Shown here: positions 56,249 through 64,000 of the stretch, piece after piece
How the letters are laid out: every line of letters starts with the position of its first letter
Numbering within the stretch: position 1 is the stretch's first letter
Assembly: GCA_963717445.1 (NCBI GenBank)
Contig: OY970334.1
Span: 965,798 to 1,029,797, forward strand
Reading direction: 5' to 3'
Source: an uncultured Bacteroidota bacterium
GTDB taxonomy: Bacteria; Bacteroidota; Ignavibacteria; UBA10030; UBA8401
Length of the DNA stretch: 64,000 nt
Notes under the pieces: generated by a model
Database searches by the model: none
What the model was told of the DNA's origin: nothing
Seen by the model: only the letters and a program-made list of their open reading frames with translations
Program-made: the position numbers and the translations under genes

Positions 56249-58069
56249 ATGATGATTCGCAATTTTATTTTAGCTCTATTCATTCTCCTGTCTGAGTTTT
56301 TCCTTTCCGATGCCGGATACTCCGCGTTTATCCATCCCGCAGACTCATTATTCCTTCGCGTTGTCGTTCCAGACAGCGACACGATTGTAACAACCGCATC
56401 GCGGCAGAGGGTTTCTGCTTCTACTCTTCCTACCGCAAGGGCATTCATTAACGGCAAAGAAACCAAGGTATATGCCAGCGGTGCTTTTTGCGGTATCGTC
56501 AATGTCCCGGTAGGTTCAACAACACTTCGGCTTGTCGCTCAGTCGGCAAACGGCGATTCCGTTTTCCAAAATTTTGTTGTGCAGAGGCCTGAGCCTCCCA
56601 AGACTTCGCCACGCGAACCCATATCCATGGACACTATCATGATGGAGCCGTCGCAGGATATATGGCTGGGCAAGGATGACGTTCTTGAAGTAAAATTCAA
56701 AGGCAGCCCGGGATACAAAGCTTTTTTTGACATTGCCGGTGTTGAGTCGGGCATTCCGATGACTGAGCTTCAGCCGGCAAAAGCGGGCGGGCTTGCCGGA
56801 ATCTACATCGGAAGCTACAAAGTGAAAGAAGATGATGAAGCGAAAGAAGTGCAGGTGAGATTTCGTATTCCAAAGAATTTTTTCACGAGTGAAAAGGCAT
56901 ACTCAAAAGGAAAAGTCTCAATTATACCGAAAGAGCTTCCCCGTGTCGCCGAGGTCGTCGGCCGGCGGCCATTCTTCAATGCCGGTATGGGAAGCGACCG
57001 CCTCGGCGGGGCGAAATTGGGCTTTCTTCGAGCCGGCGTTCGCGTCGTGGTCACGGGAAAAGTCGGAGACCAATACCGAGTGAGGCTCGGTGATGAAATG
57101 GAAGCATGGCTGCCTGAAGATTTCGCCCAACTCCTGCCGTTCGAAACGCCGCGTCCCCGTTCACTCATTGGCGCATTGACGGTGTCGGGCAATGACAAGG
57201 AAGATGTTATTACGGTTTCATTGGATGAGCGTCTTCCGTACCTAAGCCAGCAACTCGTCGATCCTGCGGCCATCGTCGTCGATATTTTCGGCGCTACGTC
57301 CAATACAAATTGGATCACGCACCAATTGTCCGGAAGCGGAATAAAGAACGTAACGTGGAGCCAGGTGGCAGCCGGGCAATATCGCCTCACCATCATGTTG
57401 AAATATCAACAGCATTGGGGCTACGATATTAGTTATGATAACGGGTCGATCATGCGCATTAGTGTACGTCGACCGCCGATTATTTCCTCGCCCGACTCCG
57501 CGCTCAATGGATTGACCATCGCGGTTGATGCCGGGCATGGAGGGGAAAATGACGGCGCACTTGGTTCAACGGGAAAAAAAGAAAAAGAGATAACGCTCTC
57601 GATCGCCCAGCACCTCGATTCACTCCTGAGAACAAAAGGAGTAAACGTGATTATGACGAGAACAAACGATGAGACCATATCGATGGCGGATCGGACGGAT
57701 AAAATTCTCAACTCCGGTGCACAATTGTTAGTCAGTATCCACGCCAATTCCGCCGGCAATTCGGCCGACCCGGAACTCTTAAAGGGAACAAGCGCATACT
57801 ACCGTCATATCGGTTTTCAACCGCTGGCAAACATCGTTTACGGTAAAATGCTTGAGTTGGGACTGGATCAGTTCGGAGTGGTAGGAAGTTTTAATTTTAC
57901 GCTTAACGCCCCGACCCAGCTTCCGAACGTCCTGGTAGAAACAGCCTTCATGTCAAACCCGGAAGATGAAATGCTGCTCCTCGACGATAATTTTAGAGCT
58001 CGTATCGCCGTTCAAATTGCAAAGGGACTTGAAGAGTTCGTCACAACGTATGCCGAAAGGAAAAAATAA
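56249..58069 (+). CDS. N-acetylmuramoyl-L-alanine amidase (Amidase_3, AmiC-like, with N-terminal AMIN-like domains)
   Basis: Signal peptide. The C-terminal Amidase_3 domain includes TIAVDAGHGGENDGALG, LVSIHANS and ETAFMSNPED. Confidence 0.8.
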   Translation: MMIRNFILALFILLSEFFLSDAGYSAFIHPADSLFLRVVVPDSDTIVTTASRQRVSASTLPTARAFINGKETKVYASGAFCGIVNVPVGSTTLRLVAQSANGDSVFQNFVVQRPEPPKTSPREPISMDTIMMEPSQDIWLGKDDVLEVKFKGSPGYKAFFDIAGVESGIPMTELQPAKAGGLAGIYIGSYKVKEDDEAKEVQVRFRIPKNFFTSEKAYSKGKVSIIPKELPRVAEVVGRRPFFNAGMGSDRLGGAKLGFLRAGVRVVVTGKVGDQYRVRLGDEMEAWLPEDFAQLLPFETPRPRSLIGALTVSGNDKEDVITVSLDERLPYLSQQLVDPAAIVVDIFGATSNTNWITHQLSGSGIKNVTWSQVAAGQYRLTIMLKYQQHWGYDISYDNGSIMRISVRRPPIISSPDSALNGLTIAVDAGHGGENDGALGSTGKKEKEITLSIAQHLDSLLRTKGVNVIMTRTNDETISMADRTDKILNSGAQLLVSIHANSAGNSADPELLKGTSAYYRHIGFQPLANIVYGKMLELGLDQFGVVGSFNFTLNAPTQLPNVLVETAFMSNPEDEMLLLDDNFRARIAVQIAKGLEEFVTTYAERKK

Positions 58070-58437
58070 TAACCAAAGTCGTCTCCATTGTCATCGCTTT
58101 GGCACACCAACAACCATTTATTTCAGGTCAAGGCGTGGCAGATATCGGTAGTGCTCAAGTTTGGTAAGGTGACGGACACCTTTCCGATTTGCCTTGCCAA
58201 ATATTTTGGAACAATGTGATTTTTGGAGTGAGGTGTCCGGCACCTCATGCGAGTACGCAAAATTGACCACTGCTCAGATATCTCTTCCCTTGAAACCCAC
58301 ACTAAAAATTCTTACCTTATCAACATACGATTACCGCGAACAAGCGCACTACAGCTTCTGCTGCACCCTCCCACCCATGGCACGTATGATTGGGATCGCC
58401 AAGGAATGAAAATCTTCTTATTGCATAGGACGCCACC

Positions 58438-60087
58438 ATGAACATCGTCCCGAGCCGTCTGGCTCAAAAACTTATCCTCTCCCTTACAATCATCGTTATT
58501 ATCGTAGCCGGCGTCTCCGGATTTCTCAATGTAAAAACGCAGGAACGCCAGCTTCTTGACGCGATGGTTCTAGGCGCCGACCAGCTTTCCAATGGAATTA
58601 CAAGCGCAACGTGGCATGCCATGCTGGCCGATGATCGCGAGGCGGCATACGAGGTAATGCAAACAATCGCGACCAAGCAGGGTATCGATAGAATTCGTAT
58701 TTTCAACCGAGACGGAAAAATAATGTTTTCGACAAGGCATGAGGAGAACGAACAGGTGGAAAAAAACGCCGAACCCTGTTCACCGTGCCATACCACATTG
58801 CACCCATTGTCAAAAGTCGACATTCCCTCACGCGCCAGAATTTTCGATAACCCGGACGGGAGCCGGAGACTCACGATGATCACCCCGATCTATAACGAAC
58901 CATCGTGCAGTCAAGGAGTCTGCCATGCACATCCGGCTGAAACAAAAGTGCTCGGAGTACTTGACGTCGCCCTTGACCTTGACCGCGTCGACAAAGAAGT
59001 CGCCAATGTGAGAAACAGCGTTTTTGCCGTCACCGGAGTTGAAATCCTGTTGATTGCCCTTTTCATCATCTTTTTTACCCGCAACTTCGTCGATATTCCG
59101 ATCCGAAAACTTATCGATGGCACGCGCGCTGTGAGCGCGATGAACCTCGATCAACCTATCGACATTAAGGCAAGCGAAGAATTGTCTGTCCTGGCCAAGT
59201 CATTTAACACGATGCGCGAGCGGTTGAAGCGATCGATCGACGAGAATGTGCAATTTACTCAAAGCCTCGAAACAAAAGTCGACGAGCGAACCGCACAATT
59301 GAAGGCTGCCCATCAAAAATTATTGCAAAGCGACCGGCTGGCATCTCTCGGCCAGCTCTCGGCCAGTGTAGCGCACGAAATCAACAACCCGCTCTCCGGC
59401 GTGCTCAACCTGTCAATGCTGATGCAGCGTATTCTGAAAGACAACGGCATCCCGCCGGATCGAATCGAAGAATTCCGCAAATATCTTTCACAAGTAGTCA
59501 ATGAGACATCGCGGGTCGGACACATCGTTTCCGATTTACTTGCGTTCTCCCGCAGATCGAAACCGCAAAGCAGTATTGCCGACCTGAACGGTATCGTCAA
59601 GACAACGCTCGCGCTTATTTCTCATAAACTAAAGTTGATGAACGTCGAAACCGAGCTTACGCTTGAACAACAACTTCCTGCCGTTCAGTGCGACGGATCT
59701 CAGATGCAGCAGGTCGTCCTCAACCTCGTGATGAACGGCGCTGAAGCAACACTGAGCAAGGGCGGCGGAAAAGTTTCAATCAACACACGGTCCGTCCCAA
59801 AAGAGAATTCTGTAATTCTCGAAGTACAAGATACCGGAGACGGTATTTCGCCGGAAAATCTGTCGAAAATTTTCGACCCGTTTTTTACGACAAAAGGCGA
59901 AGGCAAAGGAGTCGGACTCGGTCTGGCCGTTGTGTACGGAATCGTGGAAGCTCATCGCGGAGACATCGAGGTGAAAAGTAAACCCGGTGAAGGAACAACA
60001 TTCATCGTTACTCTTCCACTGTTGAATGAAGAACGACCCCAGATTCCGGGCACTGTGGCGACTTCGGAAATGGAACGCATGGGGTGA
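58438..60087 (+). CDS. Sensor histidine kinase (2 TM, periplasmic domain with CxxCH, HAMP, HisKA, HATPase_c)
   Basis: TM1 is at residues ~13-31 and TM2 at ~193-213. HisKA H-box [13 protein letters not shown]-, G1- and G2-boxes are present ([26 protein letters not shown]). The periplasmic loop carries C114-S-P-C-H118 and C157-x4-C-H163. Confidence 0.8.
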   Translation: MNIVPSRLAQKLILSLTIIVIIVAGVSGFLNVKTQERQLLDAMVLGADQLSNGITSATWHAMLADDREAAYEVMQTIATKQGIDRIRIFNRDGKIMFSTRHEENEQVEKNAEPCSPCHTTLHPLSKVDIPSRARIFDNPDGSRRLTMITPIYNEPSCSQGVCHAHPAETKVLGVLDVALDLDRVDKEVANVRNSVFAVTGVEILLIALFIIFFTRNFVDIPIRKLIDGTRAVSAMNLDQPIDIKASEELSVLAKSFNTMRERLKRSIDENVQFTQSLETKVDERTAQLKAAHQKLLQSDRLASLGQLSASVAHEINNPLSGVLNLSMLMQRILKDNGIPPDRIEEFRKYLSQVVNETSRVGHIVSDLLAFSRRSKPQSSIADLNGIVKTTLALISHKLKLMNVETELTLEQQLPAVQCDGSQMQQVVLNLVMNGAEATLSKGGGKVSINTRSVPKENSVILEVQDTGDGISPENLSKIFDPFFTTKGEGKGVGLGLAVVYGIVEAHRGDIEVKSKPGEGTTFIVTLPLLNEERPQIPGTVATSEMERMG

Positions 60088-60665
60088 ACTACATTTACCT
60101 CGCCCCAATCGGCGCGGTCAACGGTGAGATACTTACTGCGCTGGAAACACCATTGTGGCACGCTTTCGGGTTTGAAGTTCGAAGAATGGCCACACTCGAA
60201 GAACCATCATACGCGTTCGATGCGCAGCGCAATCAGTATAGCTCAACAATGATCCTTCGCGACCTCGTGCGGCGATGCCCGGAGGACGCCATACGCGTTC
60301 TCGGTGTCACAGAAAATGACCTTTATATTCCAATGCTCAGCTTTATCTACGGTCAGGCACAATTACGGGGCACCGTTTCGATTATCTCGCTAGCCCGTTT
60401 GCGTCAAGAATTTTACACTTTACCGGCAAATGGTGCACTGTTGCTAGGTAGAGTCGCAAAAGAGGCACTCCACGAAATAGGACATACGTTTGGTTTGATT
60501 CACTGTCTCGACAAAGGATGCCCAATGTCACTTGCGACGAATATTCATCAACTCGACCTCAAGGGAATAAATTTTTGTGCAAGTTGTTCAATTTTAATAC
60601 GGGAGAATATTACTATGATAAGCAATCAAACTCCGATTCGCAGCCGCTCGGAGGATAAACCATGA
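60084..60665 (+). CDS. amzA: Archaemetzincin-like zinc metallopeptidase (peptidase family M54)
   Basis: HEIGHTFGLIHCLDKGCPM-x16-CASC matches the archaemetzincin signature HExxHxxGx3Cx4CxMx17CxxC almost exactly. There is a 4-nt ATGA overlap with the kinase stop, and another with the response regulator start. Confidence 0.75.
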   Translation: MNYIYLAPIGAVNGEILTALETPLWHAFGFEVRRMATLEEPSYAFDAQRNQYSSTMILRDLVRRCPEDAIRVLGVTENDLYIPMLSFIYGQAQLRGTVSIISLARLRQEFYTLPANGALLLGRVAKEALHEIGHTFGLIHCLDKGCPMSLATNIHQLDLKGINFCASCSILIRENITMISNQTPIRSRSEDKP

Positions 60666-62020
60666 AGCCGCAGTGGGAAATTCTAGTTGTCGACGATGAA
60701 GAGGTGATGCGTGAATCGCTCGCAGCCTGGCTGCGGGAAGACGGCTATGGCGTGGAGACCGCATCGTCAGGCCGAGAGGCAATTGAAAAAGCCGGTGGAA
60801 AAGATTTTGCCATCTATTTCATCGACCTGAAGATGCCGGGAGGGATCGACGGCATCGAAACGATGATGGAGATCCGCAAGATGCATACAGAAGCGCCGAT
60901 CATCATCATTACCGCTTATGCAACGGTGGATACTGCCATTACGGCGATGAAAGAGGGGGCACAAGAGTACATCGTCAAGCCGTGCAACCCGGAAGAGATT
61001 TCACTGCTCGTGAGCCGCATCATCAAAGTAAAGAACCTTCAGCGGGAAAATACTATTCTCAGGAAGAAATTAACACGGCAATACAGTTTTCAGGACATCA
61101 TCAGCAAAAGCCCGAAGATGCACGAAATTTTTCAACTCGTTCAGGAAATTGCGAGCCTCCGGAGTACGGTGCTCATCGAAGGAGAAAGCGGTACCGGCAA
61201 GGAATTGATTGCGCGCGCGATCCATTTCTCCGGCGATCGGGCGGCGAAGCCGTTCATCGGCGTCTCGTGTGCTGCGCTGGCAGAAACGCTTCTCGAATCG
61301 GAATTATTCGGCCATGAGAAAGGCTCCTTCACCGGCGCAACTTCTCAAAAAAAGGGAAAGTTCGAGATGGCAGGGGGGGGAACCATTTTTCTGGACGAGA
61401 TCGGAGACATCTCGGCGAAATTGCAGATGGACCTTCTCCGCGTCCTGCAAGAACGGAGTTTTTACCGTGTCGGCGGCTCGGAAGAAATTCAGGTTGACGT
61501 TCGCGTTATTGCTGCAACGAACACCAGTCTCCAGGAAGCGGTCGCTTCGGCAACATTTCGCGATGACCTTTTCTACCGGTTGAACGTCATCAATATTCAT
61601 ATTCCTCCTCTTCGCGAACGGCGTGAAGACATCCCCCTGCTCGCCCACCACTTTATCGAGCGGCTCTCGCATGAATTGGGAAAAGAGGTCGGGGACGTGA
61701 CCGAGGGGGCGTTGAAGGTTTTGCTCGACTATAATTGGCCCGGCAACGTCCGCGAGCTAGAAAACGCGGTCGAACGAGGGATCGTAACATGCAGAACACG
61801 CATTCTCACAGAAGATGATTTTGGATTCCTGAATCACGGCAACGGAGAGAAAAAAAAATGGACGGTGCCGGACAATATATCTCTCGAAGAAATGGAGAAA
61901 CAATTAGTCACGGCAACCCTTCAACGAACAAAAGGGAACATCAAAGAGGCGGCCGAAGTCCTTGGTATCGATCGTTCAACGCTGTACGAGAAGATTAAGA
62001 AATACAATATCCTACGGTAG
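60662..62020 (+). CDS. Sigma-54-dependent response regulator (REC + AAA+ + Fis-type HTH; NtrC/AtoC family)
   Basis: The REC domain has the phospho-acceptor DLKMPG. The AAA+ domain has GESGTGKE, the GAFTGA-type loop EKGSFTGA, and DEIGDIS. The C-terminal HTH reads AAEVLGIDRSTLYEKIKKY. Confidence 0.85.
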   Translation: MKPQWEILVVDDEEVMRESLAAWLREDGYGVETASSGREAIEKAGGKDFAIYFIDLKMPGGIDGIETMMEIRKMHTEAPIIIITAYATVDTAITAMKEGAQEYIVKPCNPEEISLLVSRIIKVKNLQRENTILRKKLTRQYSFQDIISKSPKMHEIFQLVQEIASLRSTVLIEGESGTGKELIARAIHFSGDRAAKPFIGVSCAALAETLLESELFGHEKGSFTGATSQKKGKFEMAGGGTIFLDEIGDISAKLQMDLLRVLQERSFYRVGGSEEIQVDVRVIAATNTSLQEAVASATFRDDLFYRLNVINIHIPPLRERREDIPLLAHHFIERLSHELGKEVGDVTEGALKVLLDYNWPGNVRELENAVERGIVTCRTRILTEDDFGFLNHGNGEKKKWTVPDNISLEEMEKQLVTATLQRTKGNIKEAAEVLGIDRSTLYEKIKKYNILR

Positions 62021-62132
62021 AAAAGCTGAGGGTGTAATGAAAAAGGCTTTTGCGTTGCGTGAGTTACTGTAACATTCATGTTAGGAAATCTGGTAGTGAC
62101 CTAGTTTGGATGATAGGCTTGATTGAGTTATC

Positions 62133-62200
62133 CTTCTTTCTCTGAAGCCAGAGAAAGAAGCAAAGTCCCGCTGTGCGGGATCCCGCCTTTCATATTTTTG
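62133..62200 (+). terminator. Tandem hairpins (12-bp perfect stem CTTCTTTCTCTG-aagc-CAGAGAAAGAAG, then TCCCGC-tgt-GCGGGA) followed by TTTCATATTTTT; candidate terminator of the kinase / metzincin / response-regulator operon
   Basis: Read directly. It lies 113 nt after the response regulator stop. Confidence 0.4.
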
Positions 62201-62541
62201 GAAAGCGGGAAGAGCTTCTCGGAATCGGAACGCTTGCGATGCCTCCCACCACACATGCCGGAGGAAACGGCTCCCACAGGCCTTCTCCACATGCCTGCCG
62301 TTTTCTCAACGCCCGCATCGCCCCCTACGCGCATTGCCGCCGATTCCGAGAGCTCGACACCTGCAATTTTTGAAATATATCGAAATCGTCGGTTGCGAGT
62401 GTGGGAAGGATTCAATCGAAGGGTTTCAATTTCGGTGCTCAAGCACAATTCTAAAATATTCAACAATCTTGACGAACCGAAATTGATGGCATGTGCGGAT
62501 GGGATTGAATCCGCGCGTTACGATCTCGAGAGATTTCTTTG

Positions 62542-62570
62542 GTTACTTTCTTTCTCGGAAAGAAAGTAAC
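62542..62570. repeat. Perfect palindrome GTTACTTTCTTTC-tcg-GAAAGAAAGTAAC (13-bp arms), related in sequence to the 62133-62160 hairpin
   Basis: Read directly. It lies ~290 bp upstream of the IS110 transposase ATG. Confidence 0.6.
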
Positions 62571-62857
62571 ATTGTCAATCCAACACGGTTATCGGACTGA
62601 GTCACGCCGGCTTTCTTCCTTCTCAAAATAAGTCTCTACCGTAAATCCCCCTCTGCTGCGGGAGGACGTATATCGGAGCGAGGGGAATAAATAATCCTCA
62701 CCGCAAGCGGCGAATTATTAGTCATGCCCGCCCAAAGGCATCCAGATTGTGGATTCTGGCTTTCGCCAGACCTTATGTTTAAAAAGAAGAAGCCTCAACA
62801 TTGTTTTGTATATTTGAGTTGTCGAAAAACAAACACACAAACAATGCGAGGCTTCTT

Positions 62858-63931
62858 ATGCAACCCAAATGTAGTGAAGTAGATTTTAGGGGTCAAGATA
62901 TCTATGTCGGTATCGATGTTGGAAAGAGAAGTTGGAAAGTCTGCATCGTGACTGAATACGTAGAACATAGGGTCTTTACTCAACCGCCCACCCCAGCGAT
63001 GTTGGCAAATTATCTTCATCGAACATTTCCAGGTGCCAGATACCATAGTGCGTATGAGGCAGGATTTTCCGGTTTTTGGGCGCACGAGGAACTCCAAGCG
63101 CTCGGAATCGACTCTCGGGTCGTTAACCCGGCCGACGTGCCGACAACGCAGAAGGAGAAATCCTTTAAGACCGATAGGATCGATGCCCGTAAACTTGCCC
63201 GGTCCTTACGCAGTGGTGAACTGAGACCGATTTATGTTCCACCGAAGGAGGCGCAAACATACCGGTCATTAGCCCGACTGCGGAGCGTGTTGGTTCGTGA
63301 TCAAACTCGTTGTAAAAATCAGATCACATCCCTGTTGCATTATTATGGAGTACCAATCGACGAGTTATGCATTCGGACGCACTGGTCAAGGGCGTATCTT
63401 CGTGTGCTTGAGACTACTTCCCTCCACACCGAGCAAGGCACAATGGCATTGCGTATTCTTCTAAGTCGATACTATGCTATTAGAACCCAGGTCTTGGCGC
63501 TCACAAAAGAGATTCGAACCTTGGCACACGAAGAGCCTTTTCGGGAATCTATCCGGGTCTTAGTGACTGTTCCCGGCATCAGTGTCATCACCGCCATGGT
63601 CTTGCTCACGGAACTCATCGATATCAATCGGTTTGCTTCGCTTGATCACCTTGCCAGTTATTGTGGCTTGGTTCCTGGTGAACGCTCCAGCGGCGAACGG
63701 GAAATCATCACCGGTATTACCCGGCGACGAAACCCCTTCCTACGCGCGATGCTTATTGAATCGGCGTGGTGCGCCGTACGCCATGACCCCGCATTGTTGG
63801 CAAAGTTTGGCTCATTAAGCAAACGCATGAACAAGAATCGAGCGATCGTTCGTATTGCACGGAAACTCTTGAACCGAATTCGTTTTGTGCTCGTGCACCA
63901 CACAGAGTATCAACGATCTTTGGCAGCGTAA
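62858..63931 (+). CDS. IS110-family transposase / recombinase (DEDD RuvC-like + Tnp domain)
   Basis: YVGIDVGKRSW N-terminus, KTDRIDA, and a C-terminal ASYCGLVPGERSSG block. ATG at 62858-62860; the track start at 62801 is a non-ATG extension. Confidence 0.8.
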   Translation: MQPKCSEVDFRGQDIYVGIDVGKRSWKVCIVTEYVEHRVFTQPPTPAMLANYLHRTFPGARYHSAYEAGFSGFWAHEELQALGIDSRVVNPADVPTTQKEKSFKTDRIDARKLARSLRSGELRPIYVPPKEAQTYRSLARLRSVLVRDQTRCKNQITSLLHYYGVPIDELCIRTHWSRAYLRVLETTSLHTEQGTMALRILLSRYYAIRTQVLALTKEIRTLAHEEPFRESIRVLVTVPGISVITAMVLLTELIDINRFASLDHLASYCGLVPGERSSGEREIITGITRRRNPFLRAMLIESAWCAVRHDPALLAKFGSLSKRMNKNRAIVRIARKLLNRIRFVLVHHTEYQRSLAA

Positions 63932-64000
63932 AACTGATATTCACAGTGCTCCGTTGGCATCATCACGGGGCGAGCGCTATGTCATTCCTGCAGCATCAGG

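Larger units (their letters stand above)
62540..64000 (+). mobile_element. Partial IS110-family insertion sequence (5' non-coding leader + transposase; the right end lies beyond the window; the left boundary is not determined)
   Basis: IS110-family elements carry a several-hundred-bp non-coding flank next to the recombinase gene and lack classical terminal inverted repeats. A structured region with perfect palindromes lies upstream of the transposase gene here. Confidence 0.4.

Noticed and set aside
58370-58400. Possible sigma-54 promoter (TGGCACG-tatga-TTGG) ~50 bp upstream of the histidine kinase
   Set aside because: The -12 element is TTGG not TTGC and the spacing is off by one. The match is too weak to call without a genome-wide position weight matrix.
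62123-62569. 148-aa ORF between the response regulator and the IS110 transposase
   Set aside because: It starts at a TTG inside the first hairpin and ends inside the second. It has no recognisable domain and an odd composition. It is more likely non-coding structured RNA or DNA than a gene.
1-64000. CRISPR arrays, tRNA and rRNA genes
   Set aside because: I found no regularly spaced direct repeats with unique spacers. I found no GTTCGAATC-type T-loop with a matching acceptor stem, and no rRNA-like conserved blocks on either strand. The only tandem arrays are the 7-mer array and the 12-mer array described above.

Overview
This 64 kb window has no rRNA, tRNA or CRISPR that I could recognise by eye; it is protein-coding DNA with short intergenic gaps. 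Every gene from 1 to about 55.9 kb lies on the minus strand, and the genes from about 56.2 kb onward lie on the plus strand.

**Genes, in order**
- **Hexuronate / KDG catabolic cluster (1 to 10.9 kb).** It holds a partial UxaE-like tagaturonate epimerase, KdgK, a LarA-like (DUF2088) protein translationally coupled to a PdxB-family 2-hydroxyacid dehydrogenase, a KduD-like SDR, an ExuT-like MFS transporter, KduI, UxaC and a DUF4861-like secreted protein.
- **Pectin-degradation locus with no SusD (11.1 to 44.4 kb), about 33 kb and tightly packed.** It encodes two TonB-dependent receptors, PL1 and PL9-like pectate lyases, two GH28 enzymes, a CE8 pectinesterase, a CE12-like esterase fusion, a GH105 enzyme, a LacI-family regulator and several large proteins of unknown function.
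  - Six of the locus proteins end in a type A T9SS C-terminal sorting domain (for example '...NYPNPFNPST...GxYFYRL...KKMMLLK'); one carries a type B domain.
  - One unit in the locus is a translationally coupled TonB receptor / type-B-sorting-domain protein pair followed by two FadL/PorV-like outer-membrane barrels (37.6 to 42.9 kb).
- **Housekeeping genes.** These are nth, an addA/addB helicase-nuclease pair, a hotdog thioesterase, a tricorn-like protease and an AmiC-like amidase.
- **Three-gene regulatory unit (58.4 to 62.0 kb).** It consists of a histidine kinase with a CxxCH motif in its periplasmic loop, an archaemetzincin-like metalloprotease, and a sigma-54 response regulator, all with 4-nt ATGA overlaps.
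- **A partial IS110-family element** at the 3' end of the window.

**Non-coding signals**
- A 22-nt motif, AATCGTTTACTTTAYCGGTAAC, recurs upstream of three secreted-enzyme transcription units.
- A nine-copy in-phase heptamer array (ACGTNNN)x9 occupies one intergenic region.
- There are strong terminator hairpins and two related 12-bp-stem palindromes upstream of the IS110 transposase gene, a region that may encode a bridge RNA.

The T9SS sorting domains and the SusD-less TonB receptors point to a Bacteroidota/Ignavibacteriota-like (FCB-group) organism. This is an inference, not a database hit. All homology calls come from reading motifs by eye; no searches were run.
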